A DNA stretch of 63,601 nucleotides, filler included, from Hyphochytrium catenoides (lineage: Eukaryota; Protista; Hyphochytriomycota), in assembly GCA_900088475.1 (NCBI GenBank). It is 11 parts of 11 records of this genome, joined end to end, with 100 filler letters (N's around TTAATTAATTAA, not from the genome) between each part and the next. Parts side by side here need not be neighbours in the genome. Positions count along the whole stretch, not along the records: positions 1 to 4,010 come from FLMG01004553.1; positions 4,111 to 8,527 come from FLMG01002509.1; positions 8,628 to 10,769 come from FLMG01003818.1; positions 10,870 to 26,403 come from FLMG01003581.1; 7 more parts are not named here. One strand, written 5' to 3'. Numbering within the stretch: position 1 is the stretch's first letter; every line of letters starts with the position of its first letter. Made by a program: the position numbers and the translations under genes. The notes beneath the pieces were generated by a model. That model did no database searches. It saw only the letters and a program-made list of their open reading frames with translations, and was not told the DNA's origin. Shown one piece after another: positions 1 through 12,413 of the stretch.

Positions 1-543
1 CCGTACTGTGGACGGAATATACAGCTTTTACACCAGATCAGCCTGTAGCAGCAGGAACAGCAGCAATAGCAGCAGTAGCCGCCGCCGCCGCCGCAGCCGC
101 CGCAGCTGCCGCTGCATCAGCAACTTTCGAGTTCCTCCTCCTACTTTGAGTGCTTGCAACTTAGTCACAAGCGCCGTCATCACATATCCCTGACATCATT
201 ACAAATGTAGTAAATAATCCGAAATAACGCCCGCATTTGTCTGTTATACGGGACAGCAACTTTTTGTGATGACGTTTTTTGAAGAAAAAGCCCCTTATGG
301 TGGTAATAATACCAAATGGGTAGCCTGACTATGATAGGCGTTTAAATGATTTAAGGTTTCCTGTACTAAGTAGTAATAATAAGTGTCCTACGCCCTGGGA
401 ACAGCTTGGAAGAGCTGGAACTGAGATTTCAGGAAGTGCGAAGGGGGTGATGAGACAGAGTGGCAAGAGGGAATGAGACAGAGTGAGCAATATGCTAATA
501 TAATAATCTTCGGGGCAAGGGGAGGAGATGAAAGGAAAGAGTC

Positions 544-627
<84 letters not shown>

Positions 628-1208
628 CAGGGAGAGACAGGGAGAGGGAGAGAGAGAAGAGAGAGAAAGAGGAGACGAGAGACACAGAAAGAGAGAGGGA
701 GAGAGAGAGATAGAGACCCGAAGCAGAGCCAGAAGCAATAGAAAACGAGGAAGAGGAGAGAGGGAAAGACTGGACAAATGGCAGTGCAGGAAGAAGACAG
801 GATGTGGAAGAAGAGATTCAGTGAAATTCCCTTGAACCCCAACCTTCATGTTCTTCTCTTTCCCCCTCTCTCTCTCTCTTTCTCTCTCTCACAACACACG
901 CTCTCCCTCTCTCTTGCTCTCTCTCTCCCTCTACATCAATCACCTACTATCCAAGCTTGCATCATCGCTGAGTCTTGTCTTGCAGAGACGCTACATTTCC
1001 CTTCAAGAGGTAGAAGACGACACACTCCGCAGCACCTGACCGAGGAGGCGGAAGAGAGAGTGTAACAGAGACGAAAGAGATCAACAGAGAAGCAGAGACC
1101 AAGAAGAATAGTAGCACTTTCCTCAGAGCAGACCGAAGATTCCTCATAGAGGTTGACCTTATCAAAGCCAAGGCCAGAAGAGAAAGAAGGAGAGAGAGAG
1201 AGAGAACG

Positions 1209-1523
1209 ATGGACGACTGTGATTGCGATTGCGACTGCCTTCCTCTCCTCTGCTGCTGCTGCCTCTGCTGTGACCTGGACCGCAACCGCCACGGGCGGCA
1301 CCAGCAGCAGCACGGACATTATCACCAGGGCGGCGCGCCGATGATGGTCCAGCCAGTCGCTGTGCACGGCCAGCAAGGTTATTACGCTCAACAGCCCCAA
1401 GGTTACCCAGCACAGCCGCACGGTTATCCTCCGCAGAGCTACCAGTCCGCCTATCCTCAGTACCAGCAGCCGCCACCAGGATATCCTCACGGAAAGCCAC
1501 CAGGCGCCGTCTCCAACGTGTAA
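1209..1523 (+). CDS. Small protein (104 aa) with N-terminal Cys-rich segment and Pro/Gln/Gly/Tyr-rich tail (CYSTM-like composition, reversed order)
   Basis: Single ORF MDDCDCDCDCLPLLCCCCLCCDLD...QQPQGYPAQPHGYPPQSYQSAYPQYQQPPPGYP; not microsatellite-derived. Confidence 0.6.
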   Translation: MDDCDCDCDCLPLLCCCCLCCDLDRNRHGRHQQQHGHYHQGGAPMMVQPVAVHGQQGYYAQQPQGYPAQPHGYPPQSYQSAYPQYQQPPPGYPHGKPPGAVSNV

Positions 1524-3558
1524 AGACAAGGTGGATTGGGGCTCTGAGCAGCTCTTGGACTCTAGTGAAGAGAGGGGTAGAAAGATAGAGAGACGTGGAA
1601 GATATTAGAGTTTAAAGAAGGAAAAAGGGCAGGTGCAGAAAGACCTGACCGGTGGAGAAGATTCAAGAAAAGTCAGCCAGAGAAGCGAGGGAGAGAGATC
1701 TTGGCCTCGGTCTTTCCTCTCTTCTTGCTCTCTCTCTCTGCAAGGATAGGGGGAGGAGAAGAAGTGTTATTTAATTTATAAGAGGCCTCCCGGCAGCCTC
1801 TCTCCTCTCCACGTTTGTCGTCCTTCCCCGGAGAATTCCTTCAGGGTTCTCTTCCCTATTTGAACTATCTTCTCTTCTGTTTGTCAGGCTAGCATCTTGG
1901 CTACCGCCGTGACCTTTCATAGGTCGAATGGCAGGTAGGAATGTACGGACAGTCCGGGGTACAAAGATAAGAAAGCATAATAGTCCGAGACAAAGAGGAA
2001 AGACGCCAGGATTAACAGGTCATAGGAAGTCAGAGCTCACTGCACACTGATAGAGGCAGTAGCCGCCAAGACCTCGTTCCTAACTCTTCGAACAGATCCA
2101 CCTTCTCCCACAGGACAAGAGTCGTGGACCGTTAATCCTTCCTTCTTGTCCGCGAAAGAACCTTCAACCTTGTCAAAAGTGGCTAATAACCTTGAGCCAA
2201 GTCTGCCAATAAAGCGCTCTTTCCAGCTTCAGTAGCAATTCTTCTGAAACATCTTTTCTATCAGACGTCCACGGATCAACGAGGACGTTGAAATCGGTCA
2301 ATGCCTTCCATAACATTCACAGGGAGAATTGAAGATTGATAATAATTATCACGACTTAGCACTCTTCAACGAGCTGAGAACCGGAGGAAAAATCTACCAG
2401 AAGCGAAGAGTGAGATATGCACAGAGCTCTTCAGAAGGCAGCGCGGTATCCTTGCTAAGGCGATTGAGTCTGGCAGGAGGAGATGTTCTGCTACCGAGTG
2501 AAGATGAGAACACGCGTCTTCTACAGAGTGCCGAAGAGGATATGACCAAGTCATATGGAGTTCTGGAGAAGAGAAGAAGAAGGAAGAAGAAGCAGGATGG
2601 AGCTAAGGATAGAAGCAGCAGTAGCTGTCAATGAAGGTGACCGACCTGGTAGGTCTTGTCTGGAAGCCAAAGATTTACTTCAGACTGCAATACTGGTTGT
2701 CACTAATACCGAGCTCCCATAGTTTCAGGCAAAGACGTCCTATCTGACGGCACCCAGTGTGCAACAGACAGCGAAGACGCTGGATAAGACCCTCAGTTCT
2801 GTGACTAAGGAAGGCACCAGACTAAAAGACTTGAAGGACCTTTGGATCGCCCGTCCTTAATTAGAGGAAGGAGAAGAGGGGCCGAATGGAGAAGGATGAT
2901 GGACAGTCTTCCAAAAGCCGTGAAGTTGATGTTCTTTACCGGCTTCTGGGCTTGTCTCTTAGAGTCACTAGCCGACACTGGCTGTGCTTCCCGTTGGCGG
3001 TGTGCTGCCTCGGGAGAGTTTTCTAGTCCTCTTCGACAAAGCAGCTCTATATTGGGTGAAATGCTGGCGGGACTCTTCTCAGACTCTCCTTCTATCGTGA
3101 GGTGTGGAGAGAGCTACCCCTCTTCTCTCTCTTGATTCTACATCCGTTCCTTTTTGCCCGCATTGTGGCACTCTTCCTCCGCCTACACTCCACAAGTTTT
3201 ACAGGTTGCTGATCCCAGCTTGTTGCTCTGGTCCTCTCCTTCCGTTATCAAAGGATCATGAGCTTCACAAGCTAAGGTCCTATGATGGGCCACGGCTCCA
3301 CCTGTCGCTATGAGCTGCTACTGGTCGGTGTTACTACGTACCCCACCTGAATTGGCATATTCCCCGCCTCTTACTGCTCCTTCCCTATCACCTGTCGCTC
3401 CTTCATCCTTCACATTTGAAGCAATATCTCTGCTCCAACCTGCACGCAATAATGAGCTCAAACCTCTCTCGCTCTGCGTTTGCAGACGAAGATCATGGAG
3501 ATTAGAAAAATCCGATGGCAAATCTTCATTATACTTTATAAAATAGATGAAATCTCGA

Positions 3559-3679
3559 CCAATAGAAGAGCGTTTATGTCATCTCCACCAATGAAAATAG
3601 TTGTTCGCCATAAATTGTCGTTACCGGTAAATTCTCTTAGAAATGATTGGAGGATATATGCTATGCACGTTCTGATTGG
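3559..3679. promoter_or_regulatory. Cluster of four CCAAT/ATTGG boxes (candidate NF-Y promoter)
   Basis: CCAAT at 3559 and 3588, ATTGG at 3646 and 3675 in an AT-richer segment; both pairs 29 bp apart. Confidence 0.35.
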
Positions 3680-3943
3680 CTGAAGGGAAACCCTTTGAGG
3701 AGGTCGGTTCGGCCTTGTAGAGATGCAGGCAATACAAAAAGAGATAGAGTTGTACCGTTAAAAGCCATTGTACTAGAGGAGACAGATATTACATGCGATA
3801 GACAGAGTGGATTAGAGGTACGAGGGGAACGAACGAAAGTGGCGGAACAGAAATCGTGTCGACAGCCAGAGAAGGAAAAGATTCGAAGGTGAGGGAAGAT
3901 GGAGAGACCAAAGCTGAGAGAAAGGGAGGGAGGTAGAGAGGGG

Positions 3944-3976
<33 letters not shown>

Positions 3977-4010
3977 TAAGAATGAAGAGAAAGTGAGAGG
4001 AGAGAGAGAG

Positions 4011-4110
4011 NNNNNNNNNNNNNNNNNNNNNNNNNNNNNNNNNNNNNNNNNNNNTTAATTAATTAANNNNNNNNNNNNNNNNNNNNNNNNNNNNNNNNNN
4101 NNNNNNNNNN
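4011..4110. other. Artificial contig-joining spacer N44-TTAATTAATTAA-N44 (also at 8528, 10770, 26404, 29925, 31451, 34426, 37506, 59284, 62470)
   Basis: Identical 100-bp design with stop codons in all six frames, occurring ten times. Confidence 0.97.
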
Positions 4111-4917
4111 GAGAGAGAGAGAGGAGTGGCAGATAAACAGCAAGAGGAAGAGAGAGACAGAGAGGAAGAGGGAGAGTGAGAGAGAAGAGAATAGAGGAAA
4201 AAAGAGCAGACGAGGAGAGGAGACGCATGTGGAAGAGTGGGTTATGAGAGATGAAGAGAGAGAAAGATCCCCTGCAAAGACAGAGGACAAAGAGGAGAAA
4301 GAAGAGAGAGAGAGACAGAGAGAGAGAGCCAAAGCTATCGAGAAGAAGAGGACAAAGGAATGCATTCAGAAGTAGCGACAGGGGAGAGAGAGGTTTGAGC
4401 CAGACAGTAAGGGCAAGGGAGAGAAGACGAGGGTGGAGCCAGCTGCTCAGAAAAGTCACCTGGTGCAGAGAAGAGAGAGAACAGAGAAAAGAGANNNNNN
4501 NNNNNNNNNNNNNNNNNNNNNNNNNNNNNNNNNNNNNGAGAGAGAGAGAGAGAGTGACAGAGAGTGAGAGAGAGAGAGAGTTACCCAGCGAAGCAAAAGC
4601 GGCAGGGAGTCAAAAAGGAAAGATCCAAGAAGATCCCAAAGAGAAGCGTCTAAGAAAGTGGCGCGCCACGGAGCACCATCAGCGGCAAGTCAAAGGAGAG
4701 AGAGAGAGAAGAGAGAGAAAGAGAGAAACTCCATATTAACGTCCGCAGCAAAAAGGAGAAAGGCTACTTAAGAGAGAGAGCAAAATCTTCAATCTCTCTC
4801 TCTCTTTGTGAATCTGCTCCAACGGGAGGACGCAGACCAATAGAGAACCACCCAAGAGAGAAGAAACAAGACAAAGAAGAGAGAGAGAGACAAAGAGAGA
4901 AGGAGAGAGAGAGAAAC

Positions 4918-5289
4918 ATGTTTAAATGGAGCTTCGTCCAGCTCCGTAAGGAGACATGCGCTGCCACGCCTTCTTCTCTTCCTGCTCCCTCTGAGCCCCG
5001 GCTGGTCCATCTCCGAGACGCGAAGGTCATCTGCTGCGGCAACTGTCTCACGCACGTCTCTTTCGAAGGAAGCATCATGTCCAAGAACTTTCATGGGAAG
5101 ACCGGGAGAGCTTTTCTCATTAACAGCGTGTAAGCAAGCTCAGGCTCTCTCTCTCTCTCTCTCTCTTGCGCCTGAAGAGTATGTCTGGTCTCTTCTTTAT
5201 TGGATGTGTCCTTTGTGGTCCGTCTCGTGTATCTCTCTCTCTTTTCGTCTCTCTCTGTTCTGATCCAATGGACATATCTCTCTCTCTCT

Positions 5290-5328
<39 letters not shown>

Positions 5329-5701
5329 AAGCTCTTTCTCTCTCTGTCACACACACACACACACCCTCTCGTGCCTCTCAATCGGCCTAAGTGTCAATTC
5401 TCAATATTTGATTTCTCATAGCTTAACCTCATCCTATTCTCCTTGATGTCTGAAATTTCTCTCTGTGTCTCTCTCTCTCTCTCTCTCTCTTTCTTTCTCT
5501 CTCTCACTCTCTCTCTCTGTCTAGCGTCAACACGGAGAGCGGGACGCCCGAGCGACGGCTGCTGATGACAGGATATCACACTGTTGCTGATGTTGCCTGC
5601 GCCGCCTGCCACACTGTATTGGGCTGGACCTATGTAAGTGCCTGAGTCACACTCTGAAGATGGTGGCAACGGAGGAGAAAAAAGAGAAAGAGAGAGAGAG
5701 A

Positions 5702-5735
<34 letters not shown>

Positions 5736-6024
5736 AGAGAGAAGAGAGAGGGACAGAGGGAGTAGAGAACAGAGCAGTTCCTTACTCCTCTTTCTGTCAT
5801 TCATTCTGTTCTGTTCCTAATGCTTGCCGTCTCTCTTTTGTCTCTTGGGTGCGCCCCTTTCAATGTCTCTCTCTCTCTCTCTTCTTCTCTCTCCTTAAAC
5901 TCTTCCTGCCTATCAGGAAAAGGCGTACGAGCCTAGCGAGAAGTATAAGGAAGGAAAGTTTGTCCTGGAAACTGCGAAGATAACTTTTGAAGATGAAGAG
6001 GAGGATGAATGGGAACTCTCATGA
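4918..6024 (+). CDS. Yippee-like (YPEL) zinc-binding protein, 3 exons (4918-5129, 5525-~5633, 5917-6024)
   Basis: Spliced translation CCGNCLTHVSFEGSIMSKNFHGKTGRAFLINSV-VNTESGTPERRLLMTGYHTVADVACAACHTVLGWTY-EKAYEPSEKYKEGKFVLE has both CxxC pairs and the KYKEGK motif; GT-AG introns keep the frame. Confidence 0.93.
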
Positions 6025-6764
6025 CGGCCATGAAGGCGTCAATGAGGCGAAGAGAGAGAGAAAGAGAGTCTCTCTCTCTCCGGTCAAGCTCTGTATATAC
6101 CTTGGGGAGGAGAAGAGAGAGAGAGAGAGACAGCGAGGACCGTTTGTATATAGGAAGGGATGGAAGAGGAGACAGTGTGAGAGCTTACTCTATGTACGTG
6201 TTGCCGTGTAAATATATGCCAGTCTGATGCTACGTTTGACGATCGTAAGCCTCTCTCCCTGACACATTTCTCTCTCTCTCTCTCTCTTTTTCTCTCTTTC
6301 CTAGCTCTGCGAGCCTTCTGTCCTCTCCCTTTCCTTTCTGTTCTCTCCCTTTCCTTTCTGTTCATTGTCCCTCGCACTGTCGACGACCCTTCTCGGGTAA
6401 ATTCAATCTTCTTTGTCTCCCAATGTCCTGAGCGCACTGTCTTCAGAGAGAGAGAGAGAGATAGCACTATAGAAGCGAACGACAGAGAGAGAGAGACAGA
6501 GACGCAGAGTATAAAAAGTGGAAAAAGTCAAGGAAAGAAGAGGATGAATTGCAAGAGGGAAGACCGAGGAACACACTCAGAGAGAGACAGACGGAGACAG
6601 GCATCGAGCAGTCTCTACTGTATTATCATCTCTTTCTCTCTCTCTCTGGCCAATAAGCACTGACAGCTTACTATGACACTGGATGCTCAATGATAAATAT
6701 GGACAGAGATTAGCCCTTAGAAAGGGTGAAGACCTCTTCACTCGTCTCTCTCTCTCTCTCTCAT

Positions 6765-8527
6765 TCATTGTCTCTCCTCTCTGCGCCAACTTTTCACGAT
6801 TTTCATTTCCCCTTTGTCGGCCTGTCTGTCTGAATCTCCCTCCTTCATAGCTACCGAAGTAACAGCTGCGAAAAGAAGTGACATGATGAACTGCCAAAGC
6901 AGCCGCGCCGCCTGAGAAAGAGAGGCAGGCGACAGAGAGAGAGAGAGAACCAGCAGGGGGTCAGGCAAGTGGAAAAAAGACACATTCACGTAAGAAATGA
7001 ACGCGAAAGGAGAGAGAGAGAGAAGGGTCTGAGCAGGTGAGTTGACAAGGGAGAAAAGGATCGGAAGTGAGATGTGGGGGTGAGATCGAAAAGGGATGGG
7101 AAGAGAGAAGAGACCGCCACAGAGGCTATGAGATGATGGGGTACGTGTTAAAAAGAGAGACAAACAAAGAAAGAAGAAGAGAGGAAAGAAAGCAAGATCG
7201 AGGCACAGAGAGAGAGAGAGAAAGAGAGAGACAGAGAGAGAGAGACCAAGAAACTCACCACTATGAGAAGGCAGAAAATCCCGATGTATACTGCGGCCAC
7301 GTCCAGCATAATCGTCTTGTGCCATGGCAACTGGGGACAGGCGGCGAGCGTGGTGAGGAGGAGAGAGAGAGCAACAAGAAAGAGATGATGGGAGACTTCA
7401 AGAGAAGAGAGAGAATATATGGAGGACAAAGAGGTTACAGATAAAGGCGCGCGTGAGGATCACTGAAGAGAGAATATGAGACGACAGACAGATCGTCGTT
7501 ATCCCCCTGGATTACCTTCAAATCTGCGGTAAAGAGATGCTGAGAGCCAACCTGCAGCATCGACTCAATGATGTCACCAGCTCGACTCACCCCGCCCTAA
7601 ACGGAGGATAAAAAGAGACAGAGCGACGGGATTGGACAGCGTTAAGCGACAAAGACATACTTTCTTAGCTTAGCTTATCAGTGGCCCAGACCAGAGAGAG
7701 AGAGAGAGAGAAGGGGATATAGTGAGGAAAAGAAGAGAGAGAGAGAAGGAACACTCACTGCATGTCGAAGTATAATTCCTAGCGCCTTGGCCTCTCTGGT
7801 GTAAGACTCATTCTCATAGAGTTCCAGCACAGAGCGACGGATCTGTCCGAGACACAGAAAGAGCAATGATCAGACTCTACCGATGAGAGGAGTGAGACGA
7901 CCATATACTAGCCGGAGAGAAGAGGAGCAAGAGTCGGAAGTCTGACTGCAGAGGATAGCGAGTCAAAAGAGACAGGACAAGAGAGACCAAGAGAGAGAGA
8001 GAGAGAAAGAGAGAGGGAGAGAGAGAGAGAGAGAGAGTCCCCCACCTCGTCCGCATCGAGCTTGGTCTTGTCCAGCATGAGACCAGCCTTGGCATCGACT
8101 ATGCGAGCGGCCACATCCGGCTAGTCGAGGAATAAGATTGGGTGTAAGATGGTAGAGTCAAAAGGAAAGGTATTCAGAAAGAAAGAGAAAGAGAGTGAGA
8201 CTTCGCTGGTGCAAGAGGAGGTCAGAGATGGCACAAAAGATATGACTCTGAATGGGTATGATAGAAGAAGACAGAGGAGAAGAGTAGCTTAGCAACAAAG
8301 ACCTGATCTGCAAAGAAAGGAAGACAGAGTACGGGCTTCCCGAAGTAGAGAGCTTCCTGAGCAGACCCCATTCCGCACTGGCAGACCACCAATCGGACTA
8401 AATCATGGGCCAAAACCTGGATATAGGAAGGACAGAGAGAAGGGACAGCGTGAGAGAGGCAGGAAGCAGGAACTAAGCGCTTCCAGAACCAGCACCAGAC
8501 TCAGCAAACGCGAAAGAGAGAGAAAGA
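6765..8527 (-). CDS. UDP-glycosyltransferase (GT1/UDPGT family), C-terminal part with transmembrane anchor; multi-exon, 5' end lost at gap
   Basis: Exons give VLAHDLVRLVVCQCGMGSAQEALYFGKPVLCLPFFADQ (UDPGT signature), VAARIVDAKAGLMLDK, YTREAKAL, GGVSRAGDIIE and LPWHKTIMLDVAAVYIGIFCLLIV (TM segment). Confidence 0.88.
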
Positions 8528-9033
8528 NNNNNNNNNNNNNNNNNNNNNNNNNNNNNNNNNNNNNNNNNNNNTTAATTAATTAANNNNNNNNNNNNNNNNN
8601 NNNNNNNNNNNNNNNNNNNNNNNNNNNGCAGCTCGCCCTGAGAGAAGAAGTTGCAAGAGTAAGTTCCCGGGAAGAGAAGGAAAGCGGCCGAAGCACAGAG
8701 CAGAGAACTCTCTTTCCCTCTCTACATTGACAATGGCACCGGCAGCGCTTGAGAGGAAAGAGAAGAGACAAGAAGAAGAGAGACGAAGAAGAAAGAAGCT
8801 ATCGGGGCTGCCCGTAAGGGAAGGAGAAGTGCAGCGAAAGAGAAAACGGGGCGATGACTTGAAGAGTGCCAAGAGGAGGAACGAAGCCGACAAAAGAATT
8901 GGATGTAAGGAGAAGGGAAGAGGAAGGAGTTAAGAGAGAGCCATGGAAAGGGGGAGTAGACATGGTGAACGAGGAGAGATAGTGGAGCTTTCAGAGCTAA
9001 GAGTGAGAGAGAGAGATAAAGAGAGAGAGATAA

Positions 9034-9070
<37 letters not shown>

Positions 9071-9074
9071 GAGA

Positions 9075-9114
<40 letters not shown>

Positions 9115-9317
9115 AAGAGAGGGAAGAAAAAGAAGAGAGAGAGAGAGAGAGACAGAGAGAGAAAGGGATGACGATGGGAGAAAAGCGGAAAGGGGAGTTT
9201 CTGTCTTGACCTTCAACCTCCCCTAAAGGGGAGCCAGACCAATACAATATACCTACAAATGCAACAACCCCTCTCTATACATTAAGTGACATGACCCTAA
9301 TACATAAGATATCTTAT

Positions 9318-9390
9318 GATTGGCTGAGATGCTGTGCGAGGAACGACCCGAGTGATCTGATTGGCCAACATATATCGTTCAGCCAATGAG
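9318..9390. promoter_or_regulatory. CCAAT-box cluster (three sites)
   Basis: GATTGGCTG at 9318, GATTGGCC at 9359 and AGCCAATGAG at 9381 in an intergenic segment. Confidence 0.35.
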
Positions 9391-9512
9391 AGAGCAGAGG
9401 CTGATGACCCATCTTAGGCCAGGACTCTGAGGATCGTTGTGTAACCGTTCTAGTGACCGCTAACGGTCTCTAAGATGTCTCTCTCTTGTAAGGCAGCACA
9501 TTTTCTCTCTCT

Positions 9513-9547
<35 letters not shown>

Positions 9548-9855
9548 CTAGACAGAATAGCTTGGCCTCCCACTTTCTCTCTCTCCCTAGCTCAAGTCCA
9601 TATTCTGCTATCTCGGTCGTCTCTCTTCTTTATTGTCCATGTCAGAGGCCTCCGAAGGCGAAGAGAGAGAGAGAAAGAGAGACACAATGATACCGGAAGA
9701 AACAAAGGACCTTTCTCTTATTAGGGAAGATAGTCAAGAGCGAGAGAGAGGAACATGTTTACAGGTCACGGGGTCGAGAGAAAGAGATGATGAGAGAGAG
9801 AGGGAAAGAAAGAGAGAGAAAGAGAGAAAGAGGAAAAGAGAGAGAATGGGCAGGG

Positions 9856-10727
9856 TCATGGCAGGGCTTGGAGCCACAGCTGCTGGTAGGGAGCCATCGT
9901 GAGCTCTCCCGCCGCTGAGGACGAGAGAGAGACAACCTGTCCAGTGAGAAGATCTTTCCATCGGAGAGAAAGACGGGAGAGCTCCCAGCAGCTCACTGTC
10001 TGTCCCGCAGGACTAAAGTTAAAGAAACAGAGCACGGCCTCATCCTCTCTCTCTCCCTCTTTCTCTTCTTCGGCTGGTGTGCGCTTGAAGCTGTAGACAT
10101 GGTCGTTCCCCGTACTCAGTGCCTCCCACGCACTTCGGGAGGAAAATGCCTGGTGGATGGGAGAGGCCATTGTGGCATAGAAATGAATGAGCAACTTAGA
10201 AAGAAGGAGAAGACAGACTCAAGGAAAAGAGAGAGAGAGAAAGAGAGAGAGAGAAGAAGAAGAAGAAGAAGAAGAAAAGAAGAGAGAGGAGAGACAGAAA
10301 GGAGAAAAAGAGAGAGAGTGAAGAAGGAGAGAGCGAGAAAGAAAGAAAGGAGAGAAAGAGAGAGCGAGAGAAGGAACGAAGGGGAGAAAGAGAGAGAGAG
10401 AGAGAGAATGTGCCTCTATCATTACCTTGTTTGATTTTCTGGTTTTGAGCAGAGTCTGGAAGCGCTGGAAGACTCTTCCTTCGACAGTCTTCTTGTCTCC
10501 TCTCTTTCCCATCTTGTCCCAGTCGATACGAGGGCGATGGACCCAGCGGCTGTCATCTTTCTTCTCTCTCTCTTCTGCGTAAGAATAGTCGTTGAGATAG
10601 CCCACTTCGTCTCCGATATAAATGAGAGGAATGCCCTTCATGGCAATGGAGAGACCATAGAGAAGAGAGATTCGCTCCAGCGCCAGCTTCTCTTCTACCT
10701 CTAGTCCTGCTAGAGAGGCGCAAGATC
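9856..10727 (-). CDS. Amylosucrase/sucrose hydrolase-like GH13 enzyme, last two exons (10727-10426, 10149-9856); 5' part lost at gap
   Basis: GSCASLAGLE...ALERISLLYGLSIAMKGIPLIYIGDEVGYLNDYSYAEEREKKDDSRWVHRP...NDHVYSFKR...FFNFS...KDLLTGQVVSL...LTMAPYQQLWL parallels the C-terminus of Neisseria amylosucrase as I recall it (GLPLIYLGDEVGTLND...DDSRWAHRP...LTLQPYQVMWL). Confidence 0.88.
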
Positions 10728-10938
10728 CTGCGAAGGATCAGGAAAAGACGAGCCAAAGAGAGAAAGAGGNNNNNNNNNNNNNNNNNNNNNNNNNNNNNNN
10801 NNNNNNNNNNNNNTTAATTAATTAANNNNNNNNNNNNNNNNNNNNNNNNNNNNNNNNNNNNNNNNNNNNTGTCTGGTCGGTCAAGAACCGTCTAGCTCGG
10901 CCTTCATCACAATCAAATCGGAAAGTCGGGGTTGAAAG

Positions 10939-11476
10939 ATGAGGTCGTCCAACCTGGTGGCGAGGCTCGGCTCTAGCCTCAGGAGCTTGACACTCGGACC
11001 AGTAAGTCATAAGGTTTCAGTACCCAAAGCAGCTTCAACAAGTAGAAGCTTCCATTTCTTTGCCAGTGCAAGAGACGAAAGCTCTGTGGACATCGAGTCT
11101 CTAAAGCGCTCTTTGCCTAAGGGATGTCTCAAGGGTGAGAATTTTCTTTTTAGGTAGACAGTAGAACTGTCGGCGTCTCTAACGCACTTATATCCCAGAC
11201 CCTCAAATCGAATCTCTATGGACGGTGGGTCACTACCCAACGCAACCGCTAACTGCGCTGCAAGCTGTTGATGGCGAGACCATTTTGGCACAATTCGATA
11301 ACCTCGTGGACTTGGATATCCCTACAATAGGAGCACAGGATATAGTTGACTCGATTGAAGATAGCGAAGCTATGTATGCCGACAGCACCCTTAGGAAGCG
11401 GAGAAGGAAGATGAACCAGCACAAACTGCGCAAGCGTAGAAAGAAAATGAGGAACAAGAATCGCAAGAACTTGTAG
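10939..11476 (+). CDS. Mitochondrial ribosomal protein mS38 / COX24-AURKAIP1 (DUF1713) family, spliced
   Basis: Presequence-like N-terminus (MRSSNLVARLGSSLRSL) and C-terminal DSTLRKRRRKMNQHKLRKRRKKMR motif. Confidence 0.85.
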
Positions 11477-11689
11477 CTGTTACTCCAGATGACTGGTAGA
11501 GAGAGCTCGCGCTCAGCTTCAGAGAATATCTGAAAGCTGCATCTAGACATGGCCTAGAGAGGGAGGCCAGGTATTAGCATTGTTTAGCAAGCAGGAAACG
11601 TTTCCTGGAAAAAGTGAAAGCCATGTAAGATCTCTAGGCTCAAACTCTGTAGCAAGCAAACAAACTTGTTTCTCATGAATTAAGCAAGC

Positions 11690-12413
11690 TCATAGAAGAC
11701 CATCGTGGCTTCTAAGGTATAACATGCTCAAGTTTTCCTCTTTGTCCATTGTTGATGAGCAAGCTCTTAGGCTTTCCCACCCAAAATGCATAGTGGGCCA
11801 TGACCGCTCCATTTTCTCGCCATATGCCGATGTAGCTTGCAAGAATACTATCACAAACAAGTGTGAAAAGACCACGTAGACATGCCAGGGCTCAGCCGAT
11901 ATGCTGACAGACTACAGCGAGAAGCTTTCTCTGACCCGGCCTCCGATACATCGCAGTGAATCAGCTCCTCTTATTGGGATTTCTTTCCTGCTCCCTCCGC
12001 TTAGCATCATTGCTCGCGTTGTGCTTCCTCACTTCGGTGCTAGCGCTACCCATGGACCCAGCGACAAGCGTCACGTCTAAGTAATGGTCCATACTGGTGA
12101 ACGGCCTAAAGTGGTCGAATGCCGCTTGTGCTTTGGTGTCAGGCTCCACTGGCTGGCCTTGCCTGACAACCTGGTCGTCATCAACTGTCTTCACGTCCTC
12201 GGCTTTATTATTGTGCTGTGTTGAGTGCTTGCCTTGATAGCATCTCCAACCGTTACAACTTCCATTGGTAAGGGTTCTTGCGCCACGCCCAAAGGCATGA
12301 GCACCCAAAGTGGAGATTGGTAAAAGAGCCGAGCACTGAGCATGCCATAAGGAGCGCTTCATTGGCAGCAAAGTTGCGCATTCGTGAGTTAGCTCTCTGA
12401 TAAAGATAGGCAA
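11690..12413 (-). CDS. Hypothetical protein, possibly mitochondrial, probably spliced
   Basis: 150-aa ORF with a presequence-like start plus a downstream ORF; no family recognised. Confidence 0.35.

Noticed and set aside
388-849. Many ORFs rich in SLSLSL or ERERER here and across the window
   Set aside because: They are translations of (AG)n/(CT)n microsatellites, which lack stop codons.
1770-3530. Possible multi-exon minus-strand gene
   Set aside because: Exon-like pieces exist, but I could not build a consistent model or recognise a domain.
4055-4066. Recurring palindrome TTAATTAATTAA as a possible biological repeat or array
   Set aside because: Always centred in N-runs of fixed length: a synthetic linker.
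5702-5714. (GC)6 Z-DNA-prone tract in a Yippee intron
   Set aside because: Short, embedded in an AG microsatellite; no sign of function.
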